Below, piece after piece: positions 12,401 to 24,883 of a stretch of DNA of 64,000 bases (positions within the stretch are counted from its first letter, which is position 1; each line of letters opens with the position of its first letter). Where the stretch lies: the NCBI GenBank assembly GCA_951406725.2, contig OX597816.1, forward strand, positions 167,834,001 to 167,898,000, in the 5' to 3' direction. The notes beneath the pieces are model-generated. The model was not told the DNA's origin, searched no databases, and saw only the letters and a program-made list of their open reading frames with translations. This DNA comes from Octopus vulgaris (lineage: Eukaryota). The position numbers and the translations under genes are program-made.

Positions 12401-12862
12401 AAGGACACAGGAAATGTGTCAAGGCCGACAGGAAGCATTGATGCCTCCTAGGGCTAAATAGCTGTGGTGTGATTCCCTTATGGGACTGTCATGTTAAGTT
12501 GACAGTATACAACTGCTCTATCATTCCACCAGTGCTTATATCTCTTCAGATTTAACATTTCTAATTTTGGTGATCAGTGAATATACTTCACGAAAAAAAA
12601 AATATACATGTGTTTACAAAGTCTAGACAGGTATCTTCAGCTGCAGGCCTTGCTGCTCCAGATTGATGATGAGCAAGACTCAGAAACATGACTCTGGATG
12701 CAGGCCTAGCTGTTGGGGGTGCTTGTCTCCCCTTTGTAAACATAAGGACACAGGAAATGTGTCAAGGCCAACAGGAAGCATTGATGCTTCCTAGGGCTAA
12801 ATAGCTGTGGTGTGATTCCCTTATGGGACTGTCATGTTAAGTTGACAGTATACAACTGCTCT
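12401..12862 (+). mobile_element. Partial-tandem pLTR-like unit: ~120 bp direct repeats (12401-12519, 12744-12862) around a degenerate hammerhead (12657-12698)
   Basis: Near-identical AAGGACACAGGAAATGTGTC...TATACAACTGCTCT repeats; HHR-like UCCAGA-UUGAUGA-UGAG(CAAGA)CUCA-GAAAC-AU-GAC-UCUGGA. Confidence 0.65.
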
Positions 12863-12871
12863 CTCTATATA

Positions 12872-13047
12872 TAGTTCTTTATTTAAGAGATGAGGAATTA
12901 TGTACGTTATTTACAATTGACAGATATTTGTCCTCATCTTATTTGTTGTTAACACGTTTCGACTGATATACCCTCCAGCCTTCATCAGGTGTCTTGGGGA
13001 AATTTCGAACCTGGGTTCTCATTCCTAAGGTATTTTTCAATGTTGTT
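12872..13047 (-). mobile_element. 3' part of the tRNA-headed HHR element (see 36547-37012), hammerhead remnant at 12951-12993
   Basis: Reverse complement of ~36810-37010, with a 3-nt deletion at the cleavage triplet. Confidence 0.75.
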
Positions 13048-13506
13048 ATTCATCATCATCATCATTTAACGTCCGTTTTCCATGCTAGCATGGGTTGGAT
13101 GGTTCGACCAGAACCCAGGAGGCTGCACCAGGCTCCAGTTTGATCTGGCAGTGTTTCTATAGCTGGATGCCCTACCTAACGCCAACCACTCCATGAGTGT
13201 AGTGGGTGCTTTTTACATGCCACCGGCACAGGGGCCAGGCGACGCTGGTAACAGCCACGATTGGTTTGTGCTTTTTACGTGCCACCAGCACGGAAGCCAG
13301 TCAAGGCGGCGCTGGCATTGACCACATTCAGATGGTGCTTTTTACGTGTCACTGGCATGGGTATCACAACTACAATTTCCATTTAATTTTTATTTTGATG
13401 TTGATACTTAACTCAATAGGTCTCCTCAAGCACAGTAAATCGCCCTATGATCCAAGTGGTCTAGCGAGAAGAAAAAACTAGTCAATAGACTACATATTAT
13501 TCATAT

Positions 13507-13745
13507 AAAAATACAGTGTACATTTAAACACATAAGAAATGGCCATAACAGGACATCTGACTCACTAGAAAGAGTAGTTAAACCACAAACCACTATTAGG
13601 GGTAATTTCGAACGGGAATGTTTTTTTTTTTCCATTCCCTTTCGAAATTACCCCTAATAGTGATTTGTGGTTTAACTACTCTTTCTAGCGAGTCAGATGT
13701 CCTGTTATGGCCATCTCTTATGTGTTTAAATGTACACTGTATTTT
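13507..13745. repeat. Near-perfect palindrome, ~113 bp arms, T-rich loop
   Basis: AAAATACAGTGTACATTTAAACAC...GGGAATG / CATTCCC...GTGTTTAAATGTACACTGTATTTT. Confidence 0.92.
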
Positions 13746-15120
13746 GATATATATATATATATATATGAAATGAATATATTACAAATTGATGTGACACGTG
13801 GAGACTGCTTGTCTATGCTATTGTTCTATATACACATACACACACCATCTCTCTATCACACTCTTTACTGTTTTATGCCGTTGGTGTTACTACAGATGGT
13901 AGTGGATCTCTCCTCTTCTCTGTACCATACCATTAATGTAATTAGAGATGTTACTAGACTTGTCCGTCCGTCTGTCTGTCTGTCTACCCATCCCTCTCTC
14001 CCTCTCTAGCACTCAACACTTCCTCTCCCATCCATATTACTCCAGCTCTCTCACCTTTCTTGAGTATTAATAATGAATTACATCAGATCTGTATGTATCT
14101 CGTACTCTAAATTTATACTTTCTACTCTCTCTTTCTCATCTTGGACCACTTGGTATCAACATCTATCATTCACCCATTCCATTTACTCTCTTCTTACTCT
14201 CCATCACTCTCTCACCCTCTCTCCTTTTCTCTTATCCTATCCACCTTGTATCTTTTTTCTTTATATCTTTTTAGTTAGGAGGGAAGGCTTTGCCCACAAC
14301 CTTTAACTGACTCTTGAACACCGCTGGGAAAGAGAGAGACGGTTCTTCTCAAATTGGAGTCCTGGGCTGAATGCTTGGTGGAGGCACATGGCTTAGTGGT
14401 TAGACCAGTGGACTCGCAGTTGAGGGATTGCGGCTTCGAATCTCAGACCGGGTGATATGTTTGTTTATGAGTGAAACACCTAAGCTCCACGTGGCTCTGG
14501 CAGAAGGTAATGGTGAACTTCCGCTGACCACAACTTTCTCTCACTCTTTCCTCCTACATCCTGCAGCTCACCTACGACGGACTGGCGTCCCGTCCAGGTG
14601 GGGAACCTATACGCCAAGGAAACCGGGAAACCGGCCCTTATGAGCCAGGTATGGCTCGAGAAAGAACAAACAAACTGAATGCTTGCAAAAAATGGGTTCT
14701 GCTAAAGGTCCTCTGGGTGTCAGATATTGGTACTGGACAGGGCAGTTGATTAAGCCTACAATTTAGGTAGGCTATGGTGGAATTTGAACTCAGAATGCAA
14801 ACAGTCAGGATGAATACCACAAGGTACTTAGTCTGACATGTCCTAGATTGAATCTTTTGTTTTATTGACTCTGTAAGGACGAAAGGCAAAGTTGTCTTTA
14901 ATGAGATTTAAATTCAGAACACTGTAATTTGGATCAAATTCCACAAGATCATCTATTTAATTATCTAATGACTCTGCCAATTTGCTATCTAAATAGTTGA
15001 TACAGCCTCAGACATGGCTGTGTGGCCAAGAAGTTTGCTTATCCACTGTACTGTTTTAGATTGAAACCAACTGCATGGGTGTATGGCATCTTGGGCATGA
15101 TGGAAATCAAAAGAAGTTTT

Positions 15121-16072
15121 TAACCCTTTCGTTACCAACCTGGCTGAAACCGGCTCTGGCTCTGAGTACAAATGTCTTGTTTTCATAAGTTTTGAATTAA
15201 AATCTGCCACCAAACCTTACTCACAATTTATGTTCCTAACACTAGCTTAATGATAACTAAGTTATTTTACTAAATTCTTTGTTGTATTTAAATTAATTGA
15301 AAGAAACACAGAGCATCTCAACAGAAATATGGTAACAAAAGGGTTAAAATATATAATAGAGAAACAATTCTTAACCCTTTTGATACCAACCCAACTGAAA
15401 CCGCTTCTGGCTCTGAGTACAAATGTCTTGTTTTCATAAGTTTTGAATTAAAATCTGCCACCAAACCTTAGTCACAATTTATGTTCCTAACACTAGCTTA
15501 ATGATAACTAAGTTATTTTACTAAATTATTTGTTTTATTTAAATTAATTGAAAGAAACACAGAGCATCTCAACAGAAATATGGTAACAAAAGGGTTAAAA
15601 TATATAATGGAGAAACAATTCTTAACCCTTTTGATACCAACCCAACTGAAACCGCTTCTGGCTCTGAGTACAAATGTCTTGTTTTCATAAGTTTTGAATT
15701 AAAATCTGCCACCAAACCTTAGTCACAATTTATGTTCCTAACACTAGCTGAATGATAACTAAGTTATTTCACTAAATATTTTGTTATATTTAACCCTTTC
15801 GTTACTGTATTTATTTTGAGATGCTCTGTGTTTCTTTCAATTACTTTAAATATAACAAAGAATTTAGTAAAATAACTTAGTTATCATTAAGCTAGTGTTA
15901 GGAATATAAATTGGGATTAAGGTTTGGTGGAAGATTTTAATTCAGAACTTATGAAAACAAAACATTTGTACTACAGAGCCAGAGCCGGTTTCAGCCGGGT
16001 TGGTAATGAAAGGGTTAAAGTAATTGGAAGAAACACAGCATCTCAAAATAAATACAGTAACGAAAGGGTTAA
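15121..16072. mobile_element. Tandem array of TTAA MITEs: three head-to-tail copies, the third interrupted by an inverted copy (15791-16018)
   Basis: Repeated TTAACCCTTT..GATACC / GGTAACAAAAGGGTTAA termini with a constant spacer. Confidence 0.85.
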
Positions 16073-17055
16073 ACAATGATGATGATGATGGTGATGATGA
16101 TTGACAACATTTTAAACATAAATTTATATTGATCTGCAATAACACAGAAGAAATTGTGTAAACACTTACTCAAATATCTTTTACGCCAGATATCTTATGA
16201 AGGTAGGAAACTCATAAGTCTCTTGTTCAACAGTGCAGTTAAAATAGGATTTGGTTTTAGTATTTCTCAGCTGAAAAATAATACCCCAATATTTTTATCT
16301 GCCACAAGCAAAGAAAGATTTACTGTCTTAGGAGTTAACTGGAACTTTCAATCAGTGTTGACATGAGCTGTCTATTGATCTCAGTGTGTCTTGTAGTTTT
16401 AGATTATTCAACTGATTAGATTATTGGCAGTAACTTATATCCCAACGTCAACAGTGTTGAGTTATCAATAATGTCAAAAACCAATTGTTGTTTGTGTGGT
16501 GTGTAATTGTTGTAGTGTTTTGGTTTATAGGAAAAACACGATCCATTGATTTGGACAACCATTCTAGATTCCTCAACCCTCTTTGGATTATATATGAATT
16601 TGCACATACAAACAAATACAAACATTTGCACTTACAAACATCTTGTGGTCAAGATGTTTGCCTTGTATTCATATGGTTTCTGATTCAGTCTCACTGTGGT
16701 ACCTTGGGCAATTGTCTTCTATTGTAGCTTGACCAATATCATGGAAGTGAAATTTACTTGACAGAAGCATGTTATATGTATATAATGATGGACTCTCCTG
16801 TTGAAGATGATGTGTGAGCATTCAGCTTTTGCCATACGACCTGCACAAACGATTTGTTTATAGTAATCAAATGTTTGTGCCACACATTAGCTCACTCTCT
16901 GCATCAAATCAATATTGTCTGAAGAGGTGCATGGTGTGTCACCTATCAAAATGATCACAGAGCAACGTGCAAGAACATAATGCACCACCCAGTCTAGGAA
17001 TTGAAATCATGATCACTAGGTCGTGAATTTAACACCCTAACTACTAGGCCATGTA

Positions 17056-17108
<53 letters not shown>

Positions 17109-17397
17109 TTTACGAAAAAAGCAAAAGGCGAAGACAGGTGGTGTACAAAACAAACAGATGTATTAGTATAACGCTCAGGAATAGAAAAAGTCTTTTACTT
17201 TTCGAGCCTACGCTCTTCTACAGAAAGGGACACAGAAAAAACAAGGAGAGAAAAAAATGTGTGTTGTGGTTAACGATCTATCATGGCATTATATATATAT
17301 AACGCCATGATAGATCGTTAGCCACTACACACACACACACACACACATATATATACATACACACATGCACACAAGCACATATATACAAATATGTACA

Positions 17398-17448
<51 letters not shown>

Positions 17449-18489
17449 TGTATGTACATGTACAGACTAAGTAGTATTTCTTCCTCTTCAGAAATAATAC
17501 TTTAGCCCTCATCTGTAATGAAAGTTTTTTTCTCTAAGTATGGGGGTGAAGACAAACAAACTAAAAATAGAACAGAAAATAAAAATCTTTTTTGCAAATG
17601 ATTTCATAGTCTTTATATTTGGCACAGTTTTCACGTCCCATTTCTACTCATAACTTTTAATACAAAATGTTTTGTCCAGTTCATAGTTATGACATAAGTC
17701 CTTTACATAAATAAAAGAAATCGTGCTGCTATAAATTTAATTACCAAAAGATCATCTTTGAACTAATGTTATTTTATTTTGTGTTTTCATACATAAAGTG
17801 GGCAATCCGGTTTCATGTACGTTACAATTTATCGGTCTTTCTGTTGAATGAAATTATTCAACTTAAACTGAATTTATTGGAAGGAAATAGTTTATATATT
17901 CAAATTGGGAAAAACTATCATCAAAGGAGAATTACTGTATTTGATGGCATAAAAGACATTAAATATTTCTTGAAAATGTGAAGGAGTTTGATCATACTCG
18001 TAGACCTTTATCAATAACATTCTGGCATTCCGTCAGTTATGATGACGAGTGTTCCATTTTGTCTGAGGAACCAAATAGCCTATTTGTGAAATTCCTGTGC
18101 AAGTGGTTGAGCACTCCACAGACATGCATGCATATCCTTAACATACTTCTCAGAGATTCAGCATGACACAGAATGCGACAAAGCTGGCCCATTGAACTTC
18201 AGGTACATCTCATTTTTGCTTGCTGAGTGAACTGGAGCTATGTGAAATAAAGTGTCTTGCTCAAGGACACAATGTGCTGCCAGATATCGAGCTCACAACC
18301 TCATGATTGTGAACTGAATCTGCTAACCACTAAATTGAGCAGTGCTACCTTAAGGCATGAGCACAGCGGGAAGTTGCAAAAAGGCCCCACAGGTCTAGGA
18401 GCTCATTTCTGATCCATGTATTCTATGGCTTGTATACTTTAGGGCTCAGAGCATTGATTTGCCTGAGGGCCTACAGTGCTACTAAGACA

Positions 18490-18800
18490 GGTCCAGCCTT
18501 CTATTAAATCTTGGATTGGTAGTTTACTATCAGATTGCACCATTACTGTGTTAGTGAAGCTCTTTCTGCCCATCATTGTATCGACCCTTGTATGCCCCAA
18601 GATTCACTTTGTCTCCATCTTCTCCACTGTCTGCTGTACTTCAATTATTTATGTTATTTCATCCAACAGCACACATTCTTTCACAATAACATTACCCTTC
18701 ATTCCTCCCAAACATGCTTCAACTATGCAATATCTACTCATAACCTACCTTAGCCTAGATACCACATGCCATTCGCCAGAGGTTTTGAAAGTGTCCTCCA
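18490..18800 (+). mobile_element. Highly decayed LINE reverse-transcriptase fragment
   Basis: SWIGSLLSDCTITV and MPQDS resemble WIxSFLSxR..V and GVPQGS RT motifs. Confidence 0.45.
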
Positions 18801-18934
18801 ATGGGGGTATGTGAATCTTGTGTGGCTGTAATATTAAGAAACTCGTTTCCCAACCATGTGGTTTTGAGTTCAGTCCCACTGCATAACACCGAGGTCAAGT
18901 ATCTTTTACTGTAGCTCTGTACTGACCAAAGCCT

Positions 18935-19415
18935 TATTATTTCTAAATCTCTCAAAGAGAGACATTCAGTAACAGTTTTTTAAAATTAAAGGTTATTTGC
19001 CAACATAATGTGACTGTCCTGGAAGGGATGATGTTTTTGTTGTTTTAGTCCTAAGAAACATTATTTCTAGCTGGCTATACAACACAATATTTGTGTCCCT
19101 ATATATTTGAACAGGGAGTTCAGCACTTCCACCTAGTACAAAACAACATCTGCGGACTAGTTTCTGGGTTATTGCTCTTCATCAACACAGAGTAGTTGCT
19201 TGGTCAGATGGTGTTGCTGAACTCACCATTTGAATATATGGTTTTCAAAGTGACACACAGGCACCGATCTAAAAATAGAAATATTATTATTTCTATTTTT
19301 TTGGACTAAAACAACAGTAACATCGTCCCTTTCAGGACAGCCACATTATGTTGGCAAATAGCCTTTACTTTAAAGAACTGTTACTGAATGTCTCTTTAAG
19401 ATATTTAGTAATAAT
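18935..19415. repeat. Inverted repeat (~115 bp arms) enclosing a degenerate minus-strand hammerhead (19149-19191)
   Basis: Arms 18935-19051 and 19303-19415; minus strand reads UCUGUG-UUGAUGA-...-GAAAC-UA-GUC-CGCAGA. Confidence 0.75.
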
Positions 19416-19531
19416 ATTCCTGTTATAATTTCAGTATGAAATGTAGAATGTGTTTGATTTAACTAAAACCAACTATTCCATTAAAAACTGGCAAATGGGT
19501 TTTTCAGAGTAGTTAACTGCATGCCACCCAA

Positions 19532-19712
19532 TGTACTTGTACTTGTGGCAACATTCACCCTGGGCGGGTTGAGTCGGCTTCTTCTACCACCCTCGAGGCA
19601 TCTTGAACCACGGCAGCCCACACCTGACGGTCCTGCGCCAGTTCACTGGAGATAGCGAGCCAGTCACGGTTCCATCGGCGCAGGCCAACCACCTGCGGAC
19701 CCGTGAGCACGG
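19532..19712 (-). mobile_element. RTE-clade LINE 3' end
   Basis: Translation VLTGPQVVGLRRWNRDWLAISSELAQDRQVWAAVV, then CAAGTACAAGTAC tail; related to 12125-12349. Confidence 0.75.
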
Positions 19713-21266
19713 ATGTATTAATGTGTATTAATGTATTAAGTGCGAGTAAACTTTAAATAGCATCAAGATTAAATGCTAAGTTGCCGGTCAACAACCTCTT
19801 TTGAAAAGACAAAAACATTGTGAATAAAATGAACTTGTTGTGAACTACGGACCTAATGAGTCTATCATTCTAAATTTAAGAGGTTTAGTGCATAACATCT
19901 CATCTTAGAAATCCTTTTGAAGTTTTATCAATGTTTACATATTTTTGATGTAAATTTTGTGAGTAATAAGTACTTTATCATCATCATAATCATTATTTTA
20001 ACATCCACTCTTCTATGCTTGCATGGATCAGATAGAGTTCATTGACGCAGATTTTTCTATGGTTGGATGCACTTCCTGTTACCAGCTCTCACTTGTTTCC
20101 AAGTATGGTAATTTTTGTCATGGCGGCGAGCTGGCAGAAATGTTAGCACGCCGGTCGAAATGCGTAGCCGTATTTCGTCTGCCGTTACGTTCTGTGTTCA
20201 AATTCCGCCGAGGTCGACTTTGCCTTTCATCCTTTCGGGGTCGATAAATTAATTACCAGTTACGCACTGGAGTCAATATAACCGACTTAATTCATCTGTC
20301 TGTCCGTGTTTGTCTCCTCTGTGTTTAGCCCCTTGTGGGTAGTAAAGAAATAGGTAATTTTTGTCATGGCCTGACATGTTATCACAGAAGATTGGAAGTG
20401 AATACACTGCCTGTATGAACATGTTACTCATTTACAAATACCATGTGATGTCAAGACCAGGAGATGCACACACGCGTACGCGTGCACACACACACTCACA
20501 CACACACACATACATGTAATGTGTGTGTGTGATGGTGAGTAGGGTAGTTTTTGGACACTCTATGGTATGAAAAATGAAACTTGTCAAAGGGCAGATGAAC
20601 TCGGGAGAGTCAAAAGTCTTTCAATTACATGATATATACATGTGGGTGTGTAGACCTAAAACTTTCTGGAATGGTACTGAGGTATGCATTTAACTTACAA
20701 GGGTGAGTTGTGGGCTATATATGAGAGAAAGGGAGTGAATGTGTGGAGAAAGTTAAGTTGAAAATTGAGTTGATGACCACAATACATATGTATATCATAA
20801 TTTCTGTGCTTGCATGAGTTGGATGGAATTTTTTGAAGCAGACTTTCTACGGCTGGATGCCCTTCCTGTTGTAAATCTCACCCGTTTCCAAGCAAGGTAA
20901 TATTTCCATTACCACGTTTGGATGGTGATTTTAACTGGCCACGTTTGGATGGTGCTTTTTATGTGCCACTGGCATGGGAGCCACTCAGGCGGAGTTGGCA
21001 TTGATCACGTTCGGATAGTGCTTTTTACATGCACCCGGCATGAGAGCCAGTCAGGAGGTACTGGCATTGGCCACGTTTGGATGGTGCTTTTTATGTGCCA
21101 CTGGCACAGGAGCTGCTCAGGCAGACCTGGTATTGATCACATTCTGATAGTGCATTGATATATATTATATAACTAACAAGAATATGAAACTACTATAAAC
21201 AAATGGAAATAACATATTGCTTACCTCAGTTGTCTTATCTGAGGCGCGCGCGCGCGCGCACGCACG

Positions 21267-21301
<35 letters not shown>

Positions 21302-22866
21302 TTTAACCTTTTACTTGTTTTAGTCATTAGATGGCAGCCATGCTGAGGCCTTCAAGAATTTTAGTTCAGTGAATCAACTCTGGGACTTATTCTGTTGGCC
21401 CCTTTTGCCAAACCACTAAGTTATGGGGACATAAACACACCAATGTTGTCAAGCAGTGATGGAGGACATAGACACACAATACAAATTTTCTGTTTCTGTC
21501 TAATAAATCTACTGTTTACAATACTCTGGTCAGCCCAAGATTGTGGTCGAGAAGCAAACTTCTTGCCTATATATATATATATATATATATATCATCATTT
21601 AACATCCTTTTTCCATGTTGGCATGGGTTGACTGCTTTGACAGGAGCTGACTAGGCACAAGACTACACCAGGCTTTACTGGCTGTTTTGGTATGTTTTTT
21701 TTTTTTATGGCGGGATGCCCTTCATAACTCCAACCAAAATACGATCATTTAAAATTTAAATATATTTTCTTGGCAGTTTGTGGATTTAGAATAATTCAGT
21801 ATTACATTCAGAAATGGTAAAACATCCTTGATTATTCAAGAATAATAGACTTTCAAGTTCACACCATGTTCATCTAAGTGGATAAAGAACCCTTTCAGGA
21901 ACCTCACTCTGAGTGGGAACATGCAGTTATTAAGAATAGGTTTCTTGAGAAAGCTTTTTCTTTCTTTGCCTGTTTGGCCTTGGTTGGTTGGTTGGTTTCT
22001 CCCTTGGGCAGTTTGAGCAGCATATAAGAGAAGACTCTTGCCAGCTCCCTTGCTTAACTATTCATCATTTCTGAAGAAAGGCTAGTAATGAGTTGTCATT
22101 TTTTGCCATTCTTTGCAGTAGAGATCCTGAAAGAGAGAGAGAGAGAGAGGAATTGATTCCAGTACTTGGTCAGTATTTTATATATCAACCATAGAAAGTT
22201 AAAAAATAAAGTTGACCAGATCCAGACTTGAATACTGATAGCTAGAACAAACGTAACAAGGCATTTTATCTGATGTCTAAATGACTGAATTTACTGCCCT
22301 TTTTAGAATCTTGTTTAATATTCATTGGAAATTATTAAAGGATCATCTGATTCTTTAGTTTTAAACTTTTATCGTTGTTGTTTTGATTGGCTATGTGGTA
22401 AGTAGTTTGCTTACCAACCACATGGTTCCGGGTTCAGTCCCACTGTGTAGCATCTTGGGCAAGTGTTTTCTACTATAGCCTTGGGCTGACCAAAGCTTTG
22501 TTAGACGGAAACTGAAAGAAGCCTGTCATATATATATGTGTGTGTGTGTCTGTTTGTTGCCCCACCATCGCTTGACAACCGATGTTGGTGTGTTTATGTC
22601 CTTGTAAACTTAGCAGTTCAGCAAAAGAGATTGATAGAATAAGTGCTAGGCTTTCAAAGAATAAGTCCGGGGGTCGATTTGTTCGATTAAAGGTGGTGCT
22701 CCAGCATGGCTGCAGTCAAAATGACTGAAACAAATAAAAGAATATAGAGGAGGTGCATGGTTTAATGGTTAGGGTGTTTTACCCTAGATCATAATATTGT
22801 AGGGCGATGAATTGTGTTCTATTATTTATCAATAATAGATTTTATTTTACTATTTACCTATAGTAA

Positions 22867-22904
<38 letters not shown>

Positions 22905-23789
22905 CCCTCAAATTGAATGCATAATATATTTTCTATTGCTTACAGAAAGATTAACGTCTTATTTGAATAGATTGATAAATATTTTTCATACCAATAACTA
23001 AGTTTAGTTATATACTATTTAACTATTTGTGTGTTGTAGTTCATTGTTTCATGCTCCAATTGGTTCCAGTTTTTCTTCTTCTACTGTTACTCTGTGGAAA
23101 ATTGAGTCACTTACTGATATTTTCCCTTTTCCAATGTTGTATTAATTTGTCTTGTAATGTAAAAGAAGACAAAAATATTGTGGCAAATGTACTTTTAAGC
23201 TGAAAGAGAGTGTTTTACATGTATGTCCAAAGTAACAATTAGATTCTTGCAGATTGACAGCTTTCATATTTCTCACTAAATTCATGTGTGTGTGTGTATG
23301 CTCATATGTATATATATATATGTGTGTGTGTGTGTGTATTACATTGGTCAATTCATAATAGCTTGTAAATTATTAACGATTTGCAGATAAAACTACAAAT
23401 ATTTTCAAACTAAAGAGTGAAGAATCTGATTTAGGAGATACAAAAAAGTATTTTATATATATATTTATAATGTGGAGGTGCAATGGTTAAGGCAGCAGAC
23501 TCATGGTTGTAGGATCGTGGTTTCGATTCCCAGACCGAGCGTTGTGAGTGTTTATTGAACGAAAACACCTAAAGCTCTACGAGACTCCAACAAGGGGGTG
23601 GTGGTGATCCCTGCTGTACTCTTTCACCACAACTTTTTCTCACTCTTTCTTCTGTTGGCCTGCTTGCTGTTGGCTGCCAGTGGGGTGGCGTCATTTGAAG
23701 GCTAAAACAATGCGAAGCGCATTGTGACCAGCGATGTGTAGCAACATCTGATAGCCTGGTCAGTCACGGTGATATATATATATATAATT

Positions 23790-24797
23790 GGTGCTTGTGA
23801 AAGAAATTCTGAAAATATTATACGTCAAATTTAGAAAGCTTCTACCCCAACTGGTGACAAAGAGTCTCTCGCTCAGAGTGAAAGGTAGATTGTACAACGC
23901 ATGTGTGCGAACTGACATGCTTCACGGTAGTGAAACATGGGCTGTGACTGCAGAGGACATGTGTGGGCTTGAAATGAAGCTAGCATGATCCGCTAGATGT
24001 GTAATGTCAGTGTGCACACATGACAAGTGTAAGTGCCCTGAGAGAAATGCTGGACATAAGAAGCATCGGATGTGGCATGCAAGAGAGATGTTTGCTCTGG
24101 TATGGTCATGTACTACGTATGAATGAGGAGAGATGTGTGAAGAAGTGCCACTCCCAAATAGTTGAAGGAATCCGGGGTAGAGGTAGACCCAGGAAGACAT
24201 GCGATGAGGTGGTCAAGCATGACCTTCGAATATTGGGCCTCACAGAGGCAATGGCGAAAGACCGAGACCTCTGGAGATATGCTGCGACTGCGAAGACCCA
24301 ACAAATAATGTGAGTTCATGGCTGTTTCCTGCACCAGCTTCCCATAGAAGTCCCAGCCCATCCAAAGTACCTTGGATCGCAGGACGGCCTGCTGTGCTTA
24401 CCTTGGATCGTAGGGCGACCTGCTGTGCTTGAGGAGACCTATTGAGTCAAGTACATCAACATCAAAAAAATCAAATGGAAATTGTAGTTGTGATACCTGT
24501 GCCGGTGGCACATAAACAGCACCATCCGAACGTGGCCTATGCCAGTGCCGCCTTGACTGGCTTCCGTGCCGTTGGCACATAAAAACCACCAACTGATCGT
24601 GGCCGTTGCCAGCCTTCCCTGGCACCTGTGCTGGTGGCACGTAAAAAGCACCCACTACACTCACGGAGTGGTTGGCCTTAGGAAACACTGCCAGACCAGA
24701 CTGGAGCCTGGCACAGCCTCCTGGCTTCCCAGACCCCGGTTGAACCGTCCAACCCATGCTAGCATGGAAAATGGACATTAAACGATGATGATGATGA
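23790..24797 (+). mobile_element. 5'-truncated RTE LINE: ORF2 C-terminus (to 24313) plus 3' UTR with (GAT)n tail
   Basis: KGRLYNACVRTDMLHGSETWAV...LLWYGHVLRM...RGRGRPRKT..DLR..DRDLWR, running contiguously into the family C sequence. Confidence 0.88.
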
Positions 24798-24883
24798 TCT
24801 TCATAGCACATTCGATCTAATACATGGAGCTTCATCTCACTCTGATGAAGCTCCATGTATTAGATCGAATGTGCTATGAAGAT
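24797..24883. repeat. Perfect 40-bp hairpin with 7-nt loop
   Basis: 24797-24836 is the exact reverse complement of 24844-24883. Confidence 0.95.

Noticed and set aside
15121-15790. Regular repeat-spacer pattern (CRISPR-like)
   Set aside because: Units are ~225-bp MITEs with identical spacers, in eukaryotic context with no cas genes.
21217-21244. Possible 14-nt minus-strand micro-exon (CAG...GTAAGC)
   Set aside because: No polypyrimidine tract and not a multiple of three; likely chance.
21900-22126. Possible minus-strand exon after a (TC)n-TTTCAG acceptor
   Set aside because: All frames stop within about 20 codons and there is no recognisable homology; the pyrimidine tract is a GA microsatellite.
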